Positions 63,346 through 64,000 of a stretch of DNA of 64,000 nt are shown one piece after another. The position numbers and the translations under genes are program-made. Below the pieces are notes generated by a model that did no database searches, was not told the origin of the DNA, and was given only the letters and a program-made list of their open reading frames with translations. Origin of the DNA: Octopus bimaculoides. Taxonomy: Eukaryota. Location of the stretch: positions 914,433 through 978,432 of the forward strand of contig NC_068984.1 of the NCBI RefSeq assembly GCF_001194135.2. The letters are read 5' to 3'. Numbering within the stretch: position 1 is the first letter of the stretch; the number at the start of each line of letters is the position of its first letter.

Positions 63346-64000
63346 CATACATGCATAAATAGGTATCACACACATGCACATCTAGATATATACACACGCA
63401 AGCGTTGTTTCATCATTCATTTACATAAAGAATATTAAAAAAACCTCTTTTCAGAAGCAATGAAATTAATAACAACTTTTAGAGCTACAAAAAACGTGTT
63501 GCATTAACAAAAACTAATTAAATATAAAACATCTTGTTAATCACAACTAACTCTCGGCGGCCTTATGTGTGTGTGTGTGTGTGTGTGTGTATAAATACAC
63601 ACACACACACATACGTATATCTATATATATTCAGCTCAAATACTGCGGTACTATACACGTACATCGTACACTCAACTCACATGCACGTGCACACGTACAC
63701 ACAGGCAAAGATACGTATGTGGTGTGGCGAGGCGTGTGTGGGTGAGTGTGTGCATGCGTGCGTACGTGTGTGTGTGCGTGTCAGTGTGTGAGTGTATGTG
63801 TGTGTATGTGTGTGTAATATGTATATGAATATACCGCAGTGTCTGATCAGAAAAATATATAACAAATGCCTCCTTCAGTTAGTTTTGCTTAACCAGATTT
63901 GTTTTGTGAAATTCGGCGCTGCCCATGCATGACCACGTTACAATAACTAAGATAAAAGAATATATATATATGAATGAATATATATATATATATATATATA

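Overview
This is AT-rich eukaryotic genomic DNA from a draft assembly: many N gaps, almost all flanked by (TA)n, (TG)n or (TACA)n microsatellites. I found no supportable host protein-coding exon, intact tRNA/rRNA gene or CRISPR array. Most ORFs in the supplied track are microsatellite or gap artefacts. The window is a dense transposon landscape. It holds about 11 fragments of restriction-like-endonuclease (R4/Dong-type) LINEs tied to (TAA)n or (CATA)n arrays, two CR1 3' ends, RTE fragments, a GC-rich Tx1/L1-clade 3' end and Penelope-like RT and GIY-YIG fragments. It also holds an internally deleted mariner with intact TIRs and TA TSD, a Chapaev3-like transposase, and more than 15 tRNA-derived SINE copies of about three families. 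The SINE set and microsatellite load resemble an octopus (cephalopod) genome; this is inference from recall, not a search. The best leads are: (1) a SINE whose 3' tail matches the 3' end of the Tx1 LINE in the same window (34/42 nt, gapless); (2) minimal hammerhead-ribozyme-like motifs at a Penelope-like terminus; (3) a Dong-like LINE carrying the same ~50-nt module at its 5' end and near its 3' end; and (4) several hairpin/palindromic structures. None is proven to be a new system. Boundaries are approximate unless TSD or TIR positions are given.
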